A stretch of DNA of 61,993 nt, filler included, from Sluysia triapertura (GCA_046118255.1; 5 parts of 5 records of this genome joined end to end with filler, not necessarily neighbours in it); one strand, 5' to 3'; shown: positions 24,171-38,870, counted from the first letter of the whole stretch. Numbers and translations: made by a program. Notes: generated by a model from the letters alone, not told the origin.

Positions 24171-25768
24171 TGAACGTTTCGAATTCTATTATAAAATAAT
24201 CGATGTCAGTAGTTTCACAAAGAGGTTCATATTCTAAGTAATACCAAAAGATATAGTCACTACGTACTGAAAATAATTTAAATTCTGTTTAAAATATTAA
24301 TTATATTGCACTTACCTTACAACATCTGAGAATATGCGACGAAAATATATCACTAAAACAATATTATATATTTAACTAGCATGTAAGTAGAAATTGGCAG
24401 AGTATAAGATATAGAATTAAATTGGTTAGAAAATGAAATATTAATGAAGAAAAGGATCTTATGTGATGAAAATTAAAGAATTACTGGCTATAAAACCTGA
24501 ACGGAGAAACATAATATAAAAACATAAAAAATTTCTGCAACAAACATTAATATTTCAAATTTGCTAGTTGATACATATTCTAGCATTAACAATTATATCT
24601 ATTTTTTGTTTGGTACGTATTTTCAATTGTGACAATTTTTAAATTAGTACTTACTTTTACTAACAATTACATTGAATATAATTTCAACGTAAATGTAGTA
24701 TATTGAATAAATAATTTTAATAATAAAAGACAAAGTTTAACGCGAGAAATTGAAAAAATTAAATTTAAAGATCCAATTTGATGTCGATCACACGAAGTGA
24801 AAGGAATAACTAACTCATAATAAGTCGTCGGCCTGACAATTATCAAAACTATTCAATATCTTATTACTAAAAAATTTTGCTAGCAGTTTGTTAACCAGGA
24901 AACCATTGAACACTGAGTGTTAAGTCCCGCATTATAATAAATTCATCAAGCAAATATGAAATGCTAACTAACAACTTTTAAAAAACGTATTCATAATTTT
25001 TATTTATATAGGTGTTTCCATTCGTTAATCTAAAGTTTAAATTCGTACCCAAATTATTTTCATTTGTCACAGATACATTAAACTAGGATCAAAATATTAT
25101 GAATACCAACTGACTTGCTCCTTATTTGTGTATTAACTGATGGACAACTGTGTATTTGACGTTTATTTATTTATTTGTGTATATAGTTACAAATAATGTA
25201 TAAAGTTGTAAAATAATCTCTATAAATTATATTTATAATGTTGTATAATATTTTAATTGTATTTAAATAATTTTAAATAACTTTAATAATTGGATTTTAA
25301 ATTTTAGTTTCTTTTTGATTATACATTATTTAAATACTTTGTTTAGTAAAATTATTTTGTTTCTTTAAAAGGATGTCAAGGTTAAGCTAAAATTAATATA
25401 AATATAATCACAATTCATACAAAAACAAAATAATAAAAATCTTAACAAAAATTTTAATAATCTTTGGAAGGAGATTTGTTAATATCATCAAGGTAACAAT
25501 TTTTTGAAAGAAAATTTTGTGAATCACATACATAATTTTGCCGTTAGTTATTTTCAATTAACTTAAAATATATTTTACGTACATAGTAATTTTTGACGTA
25601 AAATCTTTATAACTCATTGTGGAACCACTTAAAGAGGTTCAACGTAAATTCTAAAATTAAAATACATTTTGATAAGATTAACGACACTGTTAATCAAGCA
25701 AGCATTTATTATCTTAACCTTGATTCTTAATTTGTGTGAACATTTTATTCCTGATTTTAATTGTGTTT

Positions 25769-25868
25769 NNNNNNNNNNNNNNNNNNNNNNNNNNNNNNNN
25801 NNNNNNNNNNNNTTAATTAATTAANNNNNNNNNNNNNNNNNNNNNNNNNNNNNNNNNNNNNNNNNNNN
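25769..25868. other. Artificial contig linker
   Basis: 44 N + TTAATTAATTAA + 44 N. Confidence 0.97.
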
Positions 25869-26044
25869 GTCTATTTAGATATTTTAATTATATGTTTCTT
25901 TTTAATCATTTCGGGCCTTAAGCCCTTGTTAAAATTTAAATTAAAATTAGTTAATTGTTTTGTTTTAATTAAAGTTATCTTTTTAAAATTAAATATTTAT
26001 AAAATAAAAAATAAAATCAAATTAATGTGGCCCTCCACACTTTA

Positions 26045-26228
26045 ACAATAATAATAATAAAATGATAATAATAATACAGTAATATTATTATTATTAAAAT
26101 CACATAAATTCCCTTTTTCTTTTGGACAAACACGATTGTTCTTTTATCTTCTTTATTTTCTCGACATATCTGAATTAACGATAAAGAAAATTAAAATAAT
26201 AATAATAAGAAGAAAAACGACAATGTTG

Positions 26229-26263
<35 letters not shown>

Positions 26264-26900
26264 AAAATGCATAAAGTCTTAGATTCTTAGTTTAACATGG
26301 TCTTACTTTAAATCCTTTTAGATTCTTAACATATTATGAACCTTACAGAATTATAAATTTGCGATGTTACGGCTGAAAGATGTAAGGTAACGCGTAAGGC
26401 GTTTTAATATAAATGTTACCTGCTGTTTTCTAGTTTTACGTAAATTTTAGATACTTTAGCCTAATGTTCTAAATGAAGTAATTTTTCTAGATGAAAATGT
26501 GAATAGATCGTGAGTTACTAATATACTATAAGGGTGTAGTTTTGTGTGTAAAAGTAGATAAGTTATAGTCTAACTTTTGATGTGTTCAAAAGGTGATTAT
26601 ACGATGTTGATGTTTTTAAGTAATCTTGTCCTTTTGTGCTGTTAGGGATTTAAATTGGCTTTAGCAGATGAATTGTTTTCGTTGATGTAGAGGAGATAAA
26701 TATGAGAATGTTAAAATATTAGAGAGTATGGATTTATGATTTAGTTTAATATTGTTTTATGTTGATTTTTGGATGTAAATTGTAGATTTTGAGTGTGTAT
26801 GTGTTTTGTTGAATTATGCAGAGAAGATTTTTATAAAATTTGATAATAGTGAAAGGTTAGCAAAAACTTCTGTAAAAAGAATGTTTTTGATGAATTTTTT
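26045..26900 (-). repeat. C-rich strand-skewed repeat, copy F, with (ATT)-rich tracts
   Basis: G-rich plus strand. Reverse complement aaaatctacaatttacatccaaaaatcaac matches ~12199-12226 aattcacaactttacatcaaaatcaaac. Similar aaagaagataaaag...aaagaaaaagggaatttatgtg end motif. Confidence 0.5.
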
Positions 26901-27360
26901 TGGGAATGTGAAATATATTTTTGGCTAGTTTAATTTGTAACTCTTACACAACTTGAAACTTGTTATTGTAAATGACATTTACTGGGACATGAGAACTAGC
27001 TTTGAAAACATATTTGTATGTGACATTCTTAAGCATCTTAAGTAATAGACTGCCTTCGACGTCTCTGTTAGGTGAACTCTCCAGGATTTATTCATTTTGT
27101 AAGAATAAGCTAAAACTTTTAACATAAATTCTTGCAATATTAATAATTTTTCCGCTTAAAGAGATCGATTAAACTTTAGGATGACCCTCTAGTTATTTAA
27201 AATGTATTCTTATGCGCCTACTGAACTCAATCCATGTATAAACTGTTTTTCAATAAGAAAACTACAGCATAATAAAACTAAGAAAGAAAATTCATTTTTT
27301 ACATTAAAAAAGTAATCTAGTAGGTAATAGCTGTAAAAAGTTTTAGAACTTCTTATTTAA

Positions 27361-27839
27361 CCCTTTCGCCGCCGCTGGGACCAATTGGTCCCACTCGTAT
27401 TTCTTCAAGTTTCTCAGGCTTAAGTAGGTCATGTTACATATTGTTTTAGAGGATTAAATAAGGCCAATGTTTTACGTAATCGTTTCTGCTTTTAAAGCAT
27501 GTGCACAAAGTTATTTCAATATTATACAACCATTTTGTGAAAAAAATATTTGAATCAAAAATAATCAGTGAAAATATTAGTCTAAATTTATTATTACTTT
27601 AGTTAGAAGATGGCAGATTGCTTTAGAACATTCCACACTATATTACACTTTGATTGGTAATACACAGTTTATGCTATTTTATTGAAAAATTAATGAAAAA
27701 TTATACATTTTCTATTAATTTTGAAATTAATACTTACGCAAGCGACGCCAGCTTTGTAATGGCTTTTCTCACATATATTTCATTATAATCTCTCAAATAA
27801 ATTTATGTTCGCAAAATGCGCTCGCCGACGGTTAAAGAG
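27361..27839. mobile_element. piggyBac-like non-autonomous element (MITE)
   Basis: TTAA|CCCTTTCGCCGCCG ... CGACGGTTAAAGAG|TTAA: imperfect TIRs with TTAA on both sides. Subterminal palindrome TGGGACCAATTGGTCCCA at 27376-27393. Confidence 0.65.
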
Positions 27840-27962
27840 TTAAGTGATCTCATTTGTACGTTTCCTAGACTAATTAATAATTTTAAAGAATTATTTAGTA
27901 CGATTATATAAAATCAATAAAATAAAATTTAATTAGTTGTTGATACAATGTATTTTTTCTAA

Positions 27963-28226
27963 ATGGTACTTTTTCTTTATTGTAATTTTATTTACTATAA
28001 ATGTAGCAAGAAATTATTTGCATACATTTGGGACAATCAGGTGTTCAAATTTCCAATGCTGCTTGGGAGATATTTTGCATAGAACATGGAATAGAAGCTA
28101 ATGGAACATTAAAAGAAAGTCTTCGTGACACAGACAGCCAAGCTTTCACAACCTTCTTCTCAGAATCCCCTACTGGCCAGTATGTACCACGATGTTTAAC
28201 TTTAGACTTAGAACCAACAGTTGTAG
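27963..28226 (+). CDS. TUBA: Divergent alpha-tubulin, exon 1 (ATG 27963-27965) and exon 2 (28007-28226)
   Basis: ATG|gt, then a 41-nt intron, then ag|QEIICIHLGQSGVQISNAAWEIFCIEHGI...TFFSESPTGQYVPRCLTLDLEPTVV|gtaagc. Both intron positions match the common animal alpha-tubulin structure. Downstream exons were not found in this contig. Confidence 0.92.
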
Positions 28227-30779
28227 GTAAGCAATAATTAAAAAATACTTTGTAAAATTAAATAATCGCCAATATAATATTCAGTATAAATATGTAAAAA
28301 AACTGTTTATTTATGTTTGAATATTTATAAATGTTCATGCCAAGGTGTCATAAAAAGGCCGGATGACCTTAAATCTGTGGCTACTTAAATAATTTGAAAG
28401 TACAATTTCGGTTTTACAAACTTGTTTTTTTATTAAATAGTTTTGTTTAATTTATGTATAAAATCTAATTAATGTTTTCTGAAATAAGTATTTGATTCCA
28501 AAATTGAATATATTCCCTTTTATTGTTAGCCAGTAATTAAACCGTTTCCAATTAAATTAGATAATTCAATCTTCAATTCGATAATTCGCACCTATCTTCA
28601 CTTGGATTTACGTTTTTTAACTTGTGGTGATAATTACTTGCGTCACTCATACTAAAATTTTTCTCTTATTATTTGGTTTTGCAAAGTAATATGACCAATT
28701 GTACATTGCAGTATTTCCTCATCTCAGTTTCTATAATCATAAACGTTTTACATTTTCTATAATGAATTTTCGAAAATTTTATCAATAATTTTGTTAGGAC
28801 ATTATTATCATTTCATAATAATAATAAAACAATAGTAATTTAATAATTCATAATATAATAATACTAATTTCAATAATAATGAAAACATAATAATATTAAT
28901 TTAAGTCTAGTCACATTAATAATTATAAATATCAAGTGGAATGACATATGGTATCACACTTAAACGCTTTTATATCCACAATTTATCTCTAAACACAGTT
29001 AATTTTTGCATCAGTTTATCAAATACAATTTTATGTTGGTTAATTTATTGAACTGGCAAAGCTAAAAACAAATTTAATAATTATTGTTGGCAAATTCATT
29101 AACAGTCTTGACAAGAGTTCCAATAGATAACGAATTTCATTATAAAACAAATTTTATTATTTGCTTGACTCTGGTAAACACCTGAAGTGCTGCTGCTGCA
29201 CTATATCGCCTTTTTATTTCAATGTGGTTCTTTAAAGAAAACCTCATATCACGATTCTATTAATAATTTAAGGTTTCGACTCTTATCCGAGTCTTACACA
29301 ATTAAGGGTTCCTCAACATGATTTTTAAATAAAGTTATGATGCTACTAAGAAGCTTATATATATGAAACTACTGCTTCGCTATTAAGAATCACTATTGTA
29401 ATTGAATCTTAATACTCAATTTGCGTTTAATAAATCTCGTTAATTCCCTATCTTCGTATTATTAAGGATAATTATTGTAGATTTTATAATCCTATTTAAA
29501 GGATTTAAAAAGTGATTTTATCACCGCATTTAAACCAGTGTGAAAATTGGAATCAAAATTGTTTAAAATGCTTTTTAAAAAACAAAATTAAACTAAAATT
29601 GAAAAACCACAACAATATGGTGAATTGAATGCGCTTTTGAATATGGATTTATTCGAGTACATAAATACTCTTCATTACACTTACTTTATGTACATGTGTA
29701 TTCCTTATTTGACAGAATTATATTGATGACTTTCAAAAGAGTGGATAATCACTATTTTAGTAATTAATTCAGGCTACAAAGCCTAATTAAAATCATTATT
29801 GCGTCATTTGTATTATATTTTTTGCATTATATATTATATATTTTTGTATTATATACTATTATATATTATATATTATATAGTATTATATTATTTTTATATT
29901 ATTAAAATTATTATAAGAGAACGTTATTATATTATTTGTTATTATTATTACTACAAAAACGTTAGTGTATTAAATTAAGCTGACATGTAAGTTTATATAT
30001 GCAAATTTAGCCTCCTTGTGAGGTTAAAATTCATTACTTTTCCAAGGCAATTTAATACAAAATCCATTTTAAAATTCTCAATTGATATTAAGATGAAAAG
30101 AAATCTTAATATTTGACTGTTATTATTTGAGTCTTGTAATTTGATCTTACTGCTGATCATTTATTAAATTAAAGAAGTTGTCTATAAATAAATTTTTCTT
30201 AGTATTTATTTAATTTTAATTATTTACAAATTAATTTGATCGAAGTATTACTTGTTTGTGTTTAGGTTGCATTATATTTCATTAAAATAGCTATTCGCTG
30301 ATTAGGTTCAAAGAACCCCGTGACATTTAATGTGGTCAGAGACACTCTAACAATTGCAAAATTTAACGAAGTCATTATGTAAAATCCTGTAGGGTTGTCC
30401 ACCAGTAACGTCATAAAGCACCAACTATAGGCGAACCGGTTTAAATATATTTTTCGCAGTACTACTTCGGAATAAAGTACTCGTACTTATATTTTTGGCT
30501 ATTTTTGTGAGTTAATTGTTTCAAACCCATTCTATCAAGGGCGTTAGATAGTAAGTGTCGGTGAAATTGCTTACCTATTATGTATCTGAGTTTTGAAACG
30601 ATTTGAATGAATTGTAAAAAATTAAAGTTTATATGAAATACATGTGTGCTTTGATAACAATAAATAAATTTCAAAGATAAATCAATAAGTAATTAATGTT
30701 TTTTATAACAACTTTAATAAAAAATTAATAACGAAAATTAATAATAATAATATATTAATTAATATTATACTCATATCTT

Positions 30780-31410
30780 CTGCGTAAGCACTCAAAAGCG
30801 CTTAAAGTAAATCATTAATCATAATATTTCTGAAACAGAAAGAACTTTGCCTTTTTCATAAATATTCCATAAATCTTGTAATTTGAAATTATGTGGTAAC
30901 TTGTATATTTTTAGCTGTTCAGCTGTTTAATTTATTAATAAATTTTCGAATATGTGATATTTTATTTAATTGATATTTAAACTTTTTCGAAATACAATTA
31001 ATATGTTCTTCCATGTTCATTTTTGAATCAATATTTCGTACTTTTTGCTTCGAATCTAGTGTCTTACCACCTACAATTAACTTTGTATCATTTATTTTTA
31101 CTATTATTTTTATTACTGAAGATTATAAATTCTGACTTTTCTTGATTGATTTTTTAAGAATTTATTTCCAAACCATTTATCAATTCTGATACCAGTTCTT
31201 TTGTTATTTGAATAGTATTTTCTATGTTCATTTCAAATTCAGTATATATTTGATTCGATTACACTTGAAACATCATTGATATATATTATAAACAATAATG
31301 GACCAAGTATTGATCCCTGAGAAACTCCATACTTTACATATATTTCATATGTAAAACATATTGCTTTCTTTCTTTTAAATATGATTCAAACCATTTTATT
31401 GCACTAAATT
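30780..31410 (-). mobile_element. L2/CR1-clade LINE remnant (RT core plus 3' end)
   Basis: AIKWFESYLKERKQYV, then KYGVSQGSILGPLLFIIYINDV (RT motif GVPQGS.LGPLLF..YIND), then IDKWF. The 3' end at 30780-30885 matches 3255-3330. Confidence 0.85.
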
Positions 31411-32529
31411 GAACTTGATTTATAATTTATTGGTTTACAATTTACATTTAATATATTTATTTACAATTTACAATTTAATATATTTCACATATTACAATTA
31501 ACGCAAATATTAATTGTGTTTATTTTTTTATGATTTTATTTTTATAATTTTATTTATAAATATTATAATTTATCACAAAAGGAAAGAAAAACAATTTTAC
31601 AATTTATATTTATTGAATTTTATAAATAAATAATTTTAACAATCAATATCATTTAATTTTGTTTTACTGAATAAAAAAGATAATTTCGATAAATAAACAA
31701 AAATAAATAAATAACAAACATGGTGGAATTAAAATAAAAGAATATAAAAGAATGTTTTTTGGAATTAACTCACATTAACAACAATCGTAACAACTTCATC
31801 AGTAGCAGTTAAAAAAATTTTTCTGGATCCTCTCAATTCCACGTCCATGTTTAAGTAAGGATATTTTAATAAGATTTATGAAATCCTAACTTTAAGGTAG
31901 TAGGATAAATTAAAATCATACTTAAAATCATTAAATCTAATCCTAGACCTTACAGGATAGGTTAATTTATACTAAAATTGATTTTAACCTAAGATTTAAT
32001 CTTAAGCTTTTAAATTTCATATTATTATTATTATACCATTGTAATTATTGTATTATCGTGAGCTATCTTGTTAATAAATATTAGCTCCTCGATTTTAATT
32101 TGATTCAATAAAGAAATCTAAAATCTATTATTATTTGTTAGACCGTAACAGCTAATACAACAAAAAAAACGATATTATTAACATTAAAATACTCATTATA
32201 TACGTGACCACGTCACTACTTCTCTAAAGTACTATACAACTGCTTCGATAAAATCTTAATAGGACTTAAGTAGTACTTACTAGACGAACGGACTTCCAGA
32301 CATTTTGCTAAGATGTAAGATAGGCTCTTTCGTAGTAAAACACTTACAGTATTCAAAGATATAGTCAATAAATTCATTTTCTAAGTCGATTTAACGAGAC
32401 AATAAAATATACAACGAAATTAAAATTATTTGAAATTTTAATAATCACTTTCTTTTTATTATTTTTATACTATTTTTCTTTTAAGTAAAATATTAATTAG
32501 AATTGTTAAATTTTTATTACATTCAGTTA

Positions 32530-33130
32530 TAGTCACTGTGGTGACCAACCTTTTTATTCAAACTTTAAATCATTTTATACATATTTAATATCACTTTTCT
32601 TAACATTTCACATTTTACATTTCACTTTTTCAGATTTATTAAAATTCTTTTATATTTTAAAACATTTTAAACTCATAATTATATAACATTAAAATTTTAT
32701 TTAATATCTAAAATCAGCGAATGTATATTTCAAATTTTATTTAAAACCTTTTAACATTCAACCATGGACATCATTGGAAAACACTAAACTCACATTTCAA
32801 AATCAATTTTAAACATTACAATCAAAATGAAATTTCTTTTAACATCTTTAACTACGTTATTACTTTCATTTTAGTCTTTACCGCGTAAATTCTTTTTCAA
32901 AAACAATACGAACTAAAATATATTCTTAAAGAATCTACGTTTAAAGAAAATTACAATAAGATCGTATTTCAAGAAATTTATGTTTAAAGAATTTTATATA
33001 AAGCTATAGAAGCAAGCAAAGAATTATTTAAGCGTTTTAATTTCATTTTTTATTTTATTAATTATTTTATGTTAATTTTATATTTATTATTAATTTTACT
33101 TTATTATTATTAAAATTATTATTATACCGA

Positions 33131-33167
<37 letters not shown>

Positions 33168-33170
33168 GCC
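32530..33170 (+). repeat. C-rich 'WWPT' repeat, copy D, with (ATT)n tail
   Basis: gtggtgaccaaccttttt at ~32538 aligns with 12067-12440. ATT-rich tail at 33040-33167. Confidence 0.7.
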
Positions 33171-33252
33171 AATATTATATAAAACCAAAATTTTAATTAG
33201 TTTAGTTGTTGCTAACTCAGTCAACAGCGCTGCTTCTATTCATTTCATTTCC

Positions 33253-33439
33253 AACTGTCACCACCTGACAGTTCATGGTTAGAGTTGTAATTGTCGCCAA
33301 GCTAAAAATAAAAACATTGAACTAATAAAATCTACGCTTGTATTCCAGCATTCAACCGACTAAACAGCACTTTTTTTCTAGTACAAAATAAGTATTATTG
33401 ATCAGCGAATCACATTGCTGTCAGCATTCAATGTGATTC
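33253..33439. promoter_or_regulatory. Two inverted repeats upstream of decayed ORF copy D
   Basis: AACTGTCA-ccacc-TGACAGTT at 33253-33273, and GAATCACATTG (33407-33417) / CAATGTGATTC (33429-33439). Confidence 0.5.
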
Positions 33440-33499
33440 AACTATACAAAACAACTTCACAATTAATTTAGACACGAATTTGTTTAGATTAAAAATTAG

Positions 33500-34581
33500 T
33501 TAATAAGATTAAAAACAGATAGTTAATCAAAAAGTTTGAACGTGTTAATAATTTAAATACTGTTGAAAATAAGTCTTCCAGATAAAAAGTTATTTAGACG
33601 TAATTGTAAAAGATTGGTATTTCATTTAAAATTAACTCCATCATTAGAGTTTACTGAAATTAAACAATCAATAGTTGATAAAACAAAAGATGGTTTCGAT
33701 GATTAATTTGAAAATTGTATCTTATCTGTGTGTCGACATAAAACTCAAATAATCGATTCAGATTATTTTTTAGTAGAAAATAAAGTTAGTTCTACATATC
33801 CGATTGAACTGTTGTCGCAAAGCAATTATGATTGCGACAAATGTTTGAAGCAAGATCATAATATCGGTGTTATACATTCTTTAGAAAACATAAATTTTGA
33901 TTATAATACTAAGAAAGTATATTCTTAAGGCATCTGAAAAACCAACAATAACTACGGTCATCACTAATACATTGAATTATACACTCCAATGTTTTAAATT
34001 ATCTTGCCAAATTTTCACATACCAGCCATCGTCACAAACACAAAACAATTCAAAATGCTATTAGTATGAAACAATATCTTTTAATTCATCTAATGTGTAT
34101 CAATACATATCAGTAATTAATTCAAATCCTTCCAGTGTATACTTAATGTCAAGTAATATTCCTTTAATCTACTTGACAGATATGAATTTTGATCCAACAT
34201 TCTCACATGTTGTAACAGATGATGTAAGAACTAATTTGGTGATTAATGCAATTGAGCATGATCAATACGTATTTAACTCACACAAGCTATATCGTTCCTA
34301 TTTACCAATTAGAATAGAATCTCTTAAAAAGATCATTCAGAATGACCATTAGAGAAGTGGCATGTCTATATGACATGTCGTTAGATGGAAGATGTTCAAA
34401 GTACGGTGCTAGTTGCAAATATTCGCACGTCTATGAATTAAGACACGATGCAAACGACGAGGACTCTTTCTACAGCAATTCTAATCGAATCTCAACTTTT
34501 ATATCCAGTTTACAACTTAATCCAAGAACTATTCTTGTCAACAATTTATTAAGTTTAAAAGTAAATAATAATGTTTTATAA
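33500..34581 (+). pseudogene. Decayed member (copy D) of the YSPIF / CCCH-like ORF family
   Basis: Frameshifted ORF pieces 33728-33928, 34095-34352 and 34342-34581. LYTPMF at ~33977; YRSYLPIRIES; CLYDMSLDGRCSKYGASCKYSH (C-x9-C-x6-C-x3-H, CCCH-like); DEDSFYSNSNRISTF. Confidence 0.65.
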
Positions 34582-36889
34582 AATTAGTAACTTTATAACT
34601 TTGCTTTTAGAGTCGTGTATCCAAAATAGCGAATGGACAATAAAGATAAACAAACCTTACCATTATAAAGATTTAAAATTCACAATTTTTATTGATATGC
34701 TATTTCAATCAGTGTTCAATAAATGTTTTCGTATTCATTTTTATCATATCTTTAATAAAGTTTTTGTAACCTAATGATTTTTTTATCGATCGTTAAAGAA
34801 TTTGTTAATCATAATTTTTTTAATTATATTAAGAAATTTTGTAATTTTAACTTTAATTTTATTAATAATTTTCATAATTTTAAATACACTTAATAACAAA
34901 GTTCAATTTAATATAAATTTTAAATTTAATCATAAATCAATATTATATCACCTACACTCACGAATTAGACTATAAAGTTTAGCTTAGTAACTGTAAGTCA
35001 ATTATTTTCGAATTGAATTTTACAGATATAAGCATTGATTTGTTAATCTGGGTTATATATACGCTTATTGCGCATTGTGTTATAATCTGAACTCTACAAT
35101 TTTGCTTATCGGTTTAAAAACTCAGAAATAATATTATCATCAATATTGCATTATTGTACAATTTAACTTTGTGATACTTTTTGGTGAATTATAAATTTTT
35201 TTCTTTATTTATTTATTTATTTAATTCTTTTAATTCAAATTACTCAAAGTTTACTCTATAATTGTTTTACTGATTTAGCTCTGAAATCTTACTGCAATTT
35301 ATTTTGGAGGTTCTGGTCAAATAACTTTTTATTTAATTTACTTAAAGCTTATTTTATAAAATTTTTTTATTCGCTTAATATTAAATTCTCTTTTATTTTG
35401 GAGGTTTAGTTCAATATTCGTCTCTGAGGTTAGAGTTGGAAGTGCTAATCAAATTTTTGTAATCTATGGTTTTTAATCGGATTCTATTTCTCAATTCCCG
35501 ATTAAGAAATCACGAAAGTATTAAGCTTTAATAAAATTTTTGGTATAATACATTAATGAATTACAATATAAACTGGATACTCAATTACTATAATTTAAGT
35601 TTACAAAATTCAACAGTTTAAGTTTTTAAAAAGTTATCCCACAAAAATTTATAATTGAATTTCAATAAATATTTAACATATAGAGTTATTTTAATTTAAA
35701 TTTATTTTTACATTAAGTTTTAACTGTTATTTGCTGAAATAAACAAAACGTATTTTAAGTATAATTCAATAGTAGAAACAATAAGTATCAAAGTTATTAT
35801 TCAATCAATAATCAATATGTGACCAAGAAGTCAACCACCGAATAAACTTGAATCAATAATAGATTTAAACTCTTACTGCCGAATCACGAAATAATTCAAA
35901 CAAAAATAATCAACTATTATTAAATATTTGATCAAATCAACCGGCAAATATTTAGTCAACCATTGCTCTATTTATAGTCGTATTATTTCTATAATATTCA
36001 CTTAAACAATTTAATAATTCACTTTCAACACATAGTGCATAAAGTTTTTTCAGCAAATATTTTTCTTTAATATAACGTTATTTCAGTAAATACGTTTAAA
36101 TTTTCTATAATTTTATATAAAACATTATAGTAACATGCATTATTAACAAATGCACTGGTACTTTATAAATGCATTTTATTTAATTATATTATTGTTCTTT
36201 TTAAGCTGCATTCATAACCCATCTTAAGTTGTTATAATTGATGTAGTTTCACTTAAATGCGATGAACCTACAACTATCATAGATAATTTAAATTTTAGTG
36301 AGTTCGCCTTATATTCTTTAGATAATTAAAGTCTTGTCCATAGGCTTTTTAATCAAAGAATGCAATATAACAGTCAATGGAGGTCCTTTATTTACGCTAT
36401 ATTAATATTATATTAATTTCTTACCAAGGTAAAAAAATTAATTTCTTGCTATAATTATCACAATGGAGTTTATGATTGTGTTAAGTTATTACAATAAGAT
36501 TCAAATGTTTAATTTATAAATATTTTGTCCTTAGCGGACTTGAAAAATCAGATTTTAAGGGTTTATTTAAAGTAACCCGTAAAATAAATAATGCAACCTA
36601 TTTTAAAGCTATGTAAATTAATTTACTGTCCATTAATTATGGACTTGTTTAAAATAGTCCTTTAAAGGTGCTGATATTTTAAATTATTGGTGGAAAATTA
36701 AATAAATAATACAAAATAACTGGGAAGATTAATTACTTAAATGTAAATTATAACACTAATAAAGATATAGTTAAAGATTGTCATAAGGAATTTTGCTGTT
36801 TATAATATTAAAGATATTATAAATTTTAATTGTTTATAATTGATTTTAATAATAGATTTTAACAGCTTATTTAAAATGATCGGATAAAT

Positions 36890-36971
36890 CAGCCATGTCC
36901 AACGTGCGGCCCGATTGCGATTTTTGTGCGGCCCGATAACAAAAAAAGGAAATCACACAAATTAATATTTA
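36890..36971 (+). mobile_element. hAT (Charlie/Buster-like) transposon terminus, cut by contig end
   Basis: CAGCCATGTCCAACGTGCGGCCCG with a second GTGCGGCCCG, typical of hAT termini and their subterminal repeats. Confidence 0.6.
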
Positions 36972-37071
36972 NNNNNNNNNNNNNNNNNNNNNNNNNNNNN
37001 NNNNNNNNNNNNNNNTTAATTAATTAANNNNNNNNNNNNNNNNNNNNNNNNNNNNNNNNNNNNNNNNNNNN
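36972..37071. other. Artificial contig linker
   Basis: 44 N + TTAATTAATTAA + 44 N. Confidence 0.97.
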
Positions 37072-37155
37072 TTTGTATAATACCAATTGTGATATTAAAT
37101 TATGATTAGGTTCTTTTAAAGAGATATGGGTTTGTTCTTCACAAAACTAATTATC

Positions 37156-37320
37156 TCCAGATAATTGTCAAGCAATCTAAAGTCGGAAATTCATTGGAAA
37201 TTAATATTGAAATTCCATTTAGTAATGAGTCGGCATAAAACCGATTCTAAGAAAATAGCATGTGTAGTAAACATGCAAAATAAATGAATTGAATTTCCGA
37301 TTGTCTGACAATTATCTGGA
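37156..37320. mobile_element. MITE with ~30-bp terminal inverted repeats
   Basis: TCCAGATAATTGTCAagcaatc...tcggaaattca / tgaatttccgattgtcTGACAATTATCTGGA. The internal part recurs inverted at ~38248-38282, and a TIR scrap occurs at ~24833. Confidence 0.65.
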
Positions 37321-38444
37321 TACTATATAAAGAGCTAATGTTTTGCAACAAAAGACACAGAAAGAGAAAACGATAACAGTAATAAGCGTCAAAATAGTCA
37401 AAAGCCAAAGATCAGAACTACTGAAACAACTTCATTCTGTAAGAATACCGGATTCAATTGAATTGTGGATAACACTCATTGAATCTTTTTTCAGTAATAA
37501 TACTAAAATAAAGACAAGTTTACGTGGTTAGTAGAGAGCTAGGATCTATTTTATTTTTATCATTACTTTATATTTTATTTGTGGTACCAAAATTTATGTT
37601 GTGTAACCCCTGTGATTTTTAAAAAAGTTGAACAATAATTTATCAAAAAATTTGATTTAAAGAATTAAAAGTTTGATCTATAGAAGAGGTTGATTTATAG
37701 AATTATATTTGTCATATAAAAGATTAGATTTTTGTAATTGTTATATGAGAATATGTCGAGATTCAGTTTTATTTGATTTTTAATTAATGACGAGGGATAT
37801 CAGTAAACAAAGCAATAAAAACAACATTACTGATAATTTTTACTTGATATAGTGAGTTCTGAAATTATTGAGATTCTATTTAAGGTGTCTAAATTGGTAT
37901 TGATTTGTCATAACTAATAATTTTCATAGGCGCAACAATTCAATAAAACTTAAAATAAAGTCAATATTCGCTCAATAAATAATTACAAATTACTAAAATA
38001 TAATACTTACGCTCAGAAATAAGGCAAATTCTATTAACCAAATAACAATAAATTAACAATCACAATAAAATAATCGAATAAAAAAATAAAATTTAGTCAC
38101 TTGCTGAAGAAACAAAATTTCCTAATGAAGTGTTTCTCACTACTGCGTTGAAACAGCCTTTTGACAGCAGAACTCCATAAATTATTGCAGTATTAGGTAG
38201 TTTTTATGTAGGATTTAGATAATTGTTGTATAATTTGACTTAATTAATGTGCTTATTCCGTAGAGTCGGTTTTATGTAGACCAATTTTAACATTCAAAAT
38301 ATTGCTGGATTTTTATGCGAAAAGATTTAATTTATCATAACAAAATGTCTAGAGTTAAGTGCGCCTTATAAGTACGATTTACACCTATTAAGATGACGTC
38401 CGTAGTTGTTTATAGTACCTTTACGACAATTGCTGTCAAACACG

Positions 38445-38870
38445 TTGTGGTAGCCAACCCAATATCCTAAAATTATATTTTAATAATATATAACAAAATC
38501 TCTCTTCAGAACATTCCACAATCTTTAATACTTTCAAGCACTCTAAACATAAAATTTCATAACGCCAAAATCATATTCACCATCGAAAACAATCAAACAT
38601 ATACTTAAAAATTAATTCAAAGCATTGCAAATTTAATTCAAGACATTGCACATAAAATTACGTTCCACTACATTTAATTATGTTTCCATCATAACCTTTT
38701 TCATATTTTATTTCCTTTACATCTACTAAAACTTCATCCTAACTTTCTCAAAACATTTCTATTTCATAACTTTATAATATTTAATTTAAGTTATTTTCTG
38801 ACAAGCATAAATTGTTTAATATTTTTATTTTATCAAAATAAATTCTTTTAAATTTCTTTTACTTCCGTGA
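38445..38870 (+). repeat. C-rich 'WWPT' repeat, copy G
   Basis: ttgtggtagccaaccc (LW*PT) followed by G-poor sequence similar to copies A and D. Confidence 0.55.

Noticed and set aside
29060-29330. Possible RT scraps (WF, GVPQ-like agggttcctcaa)
   Set aside because: Motifs are too eroded to distinguish from chance.
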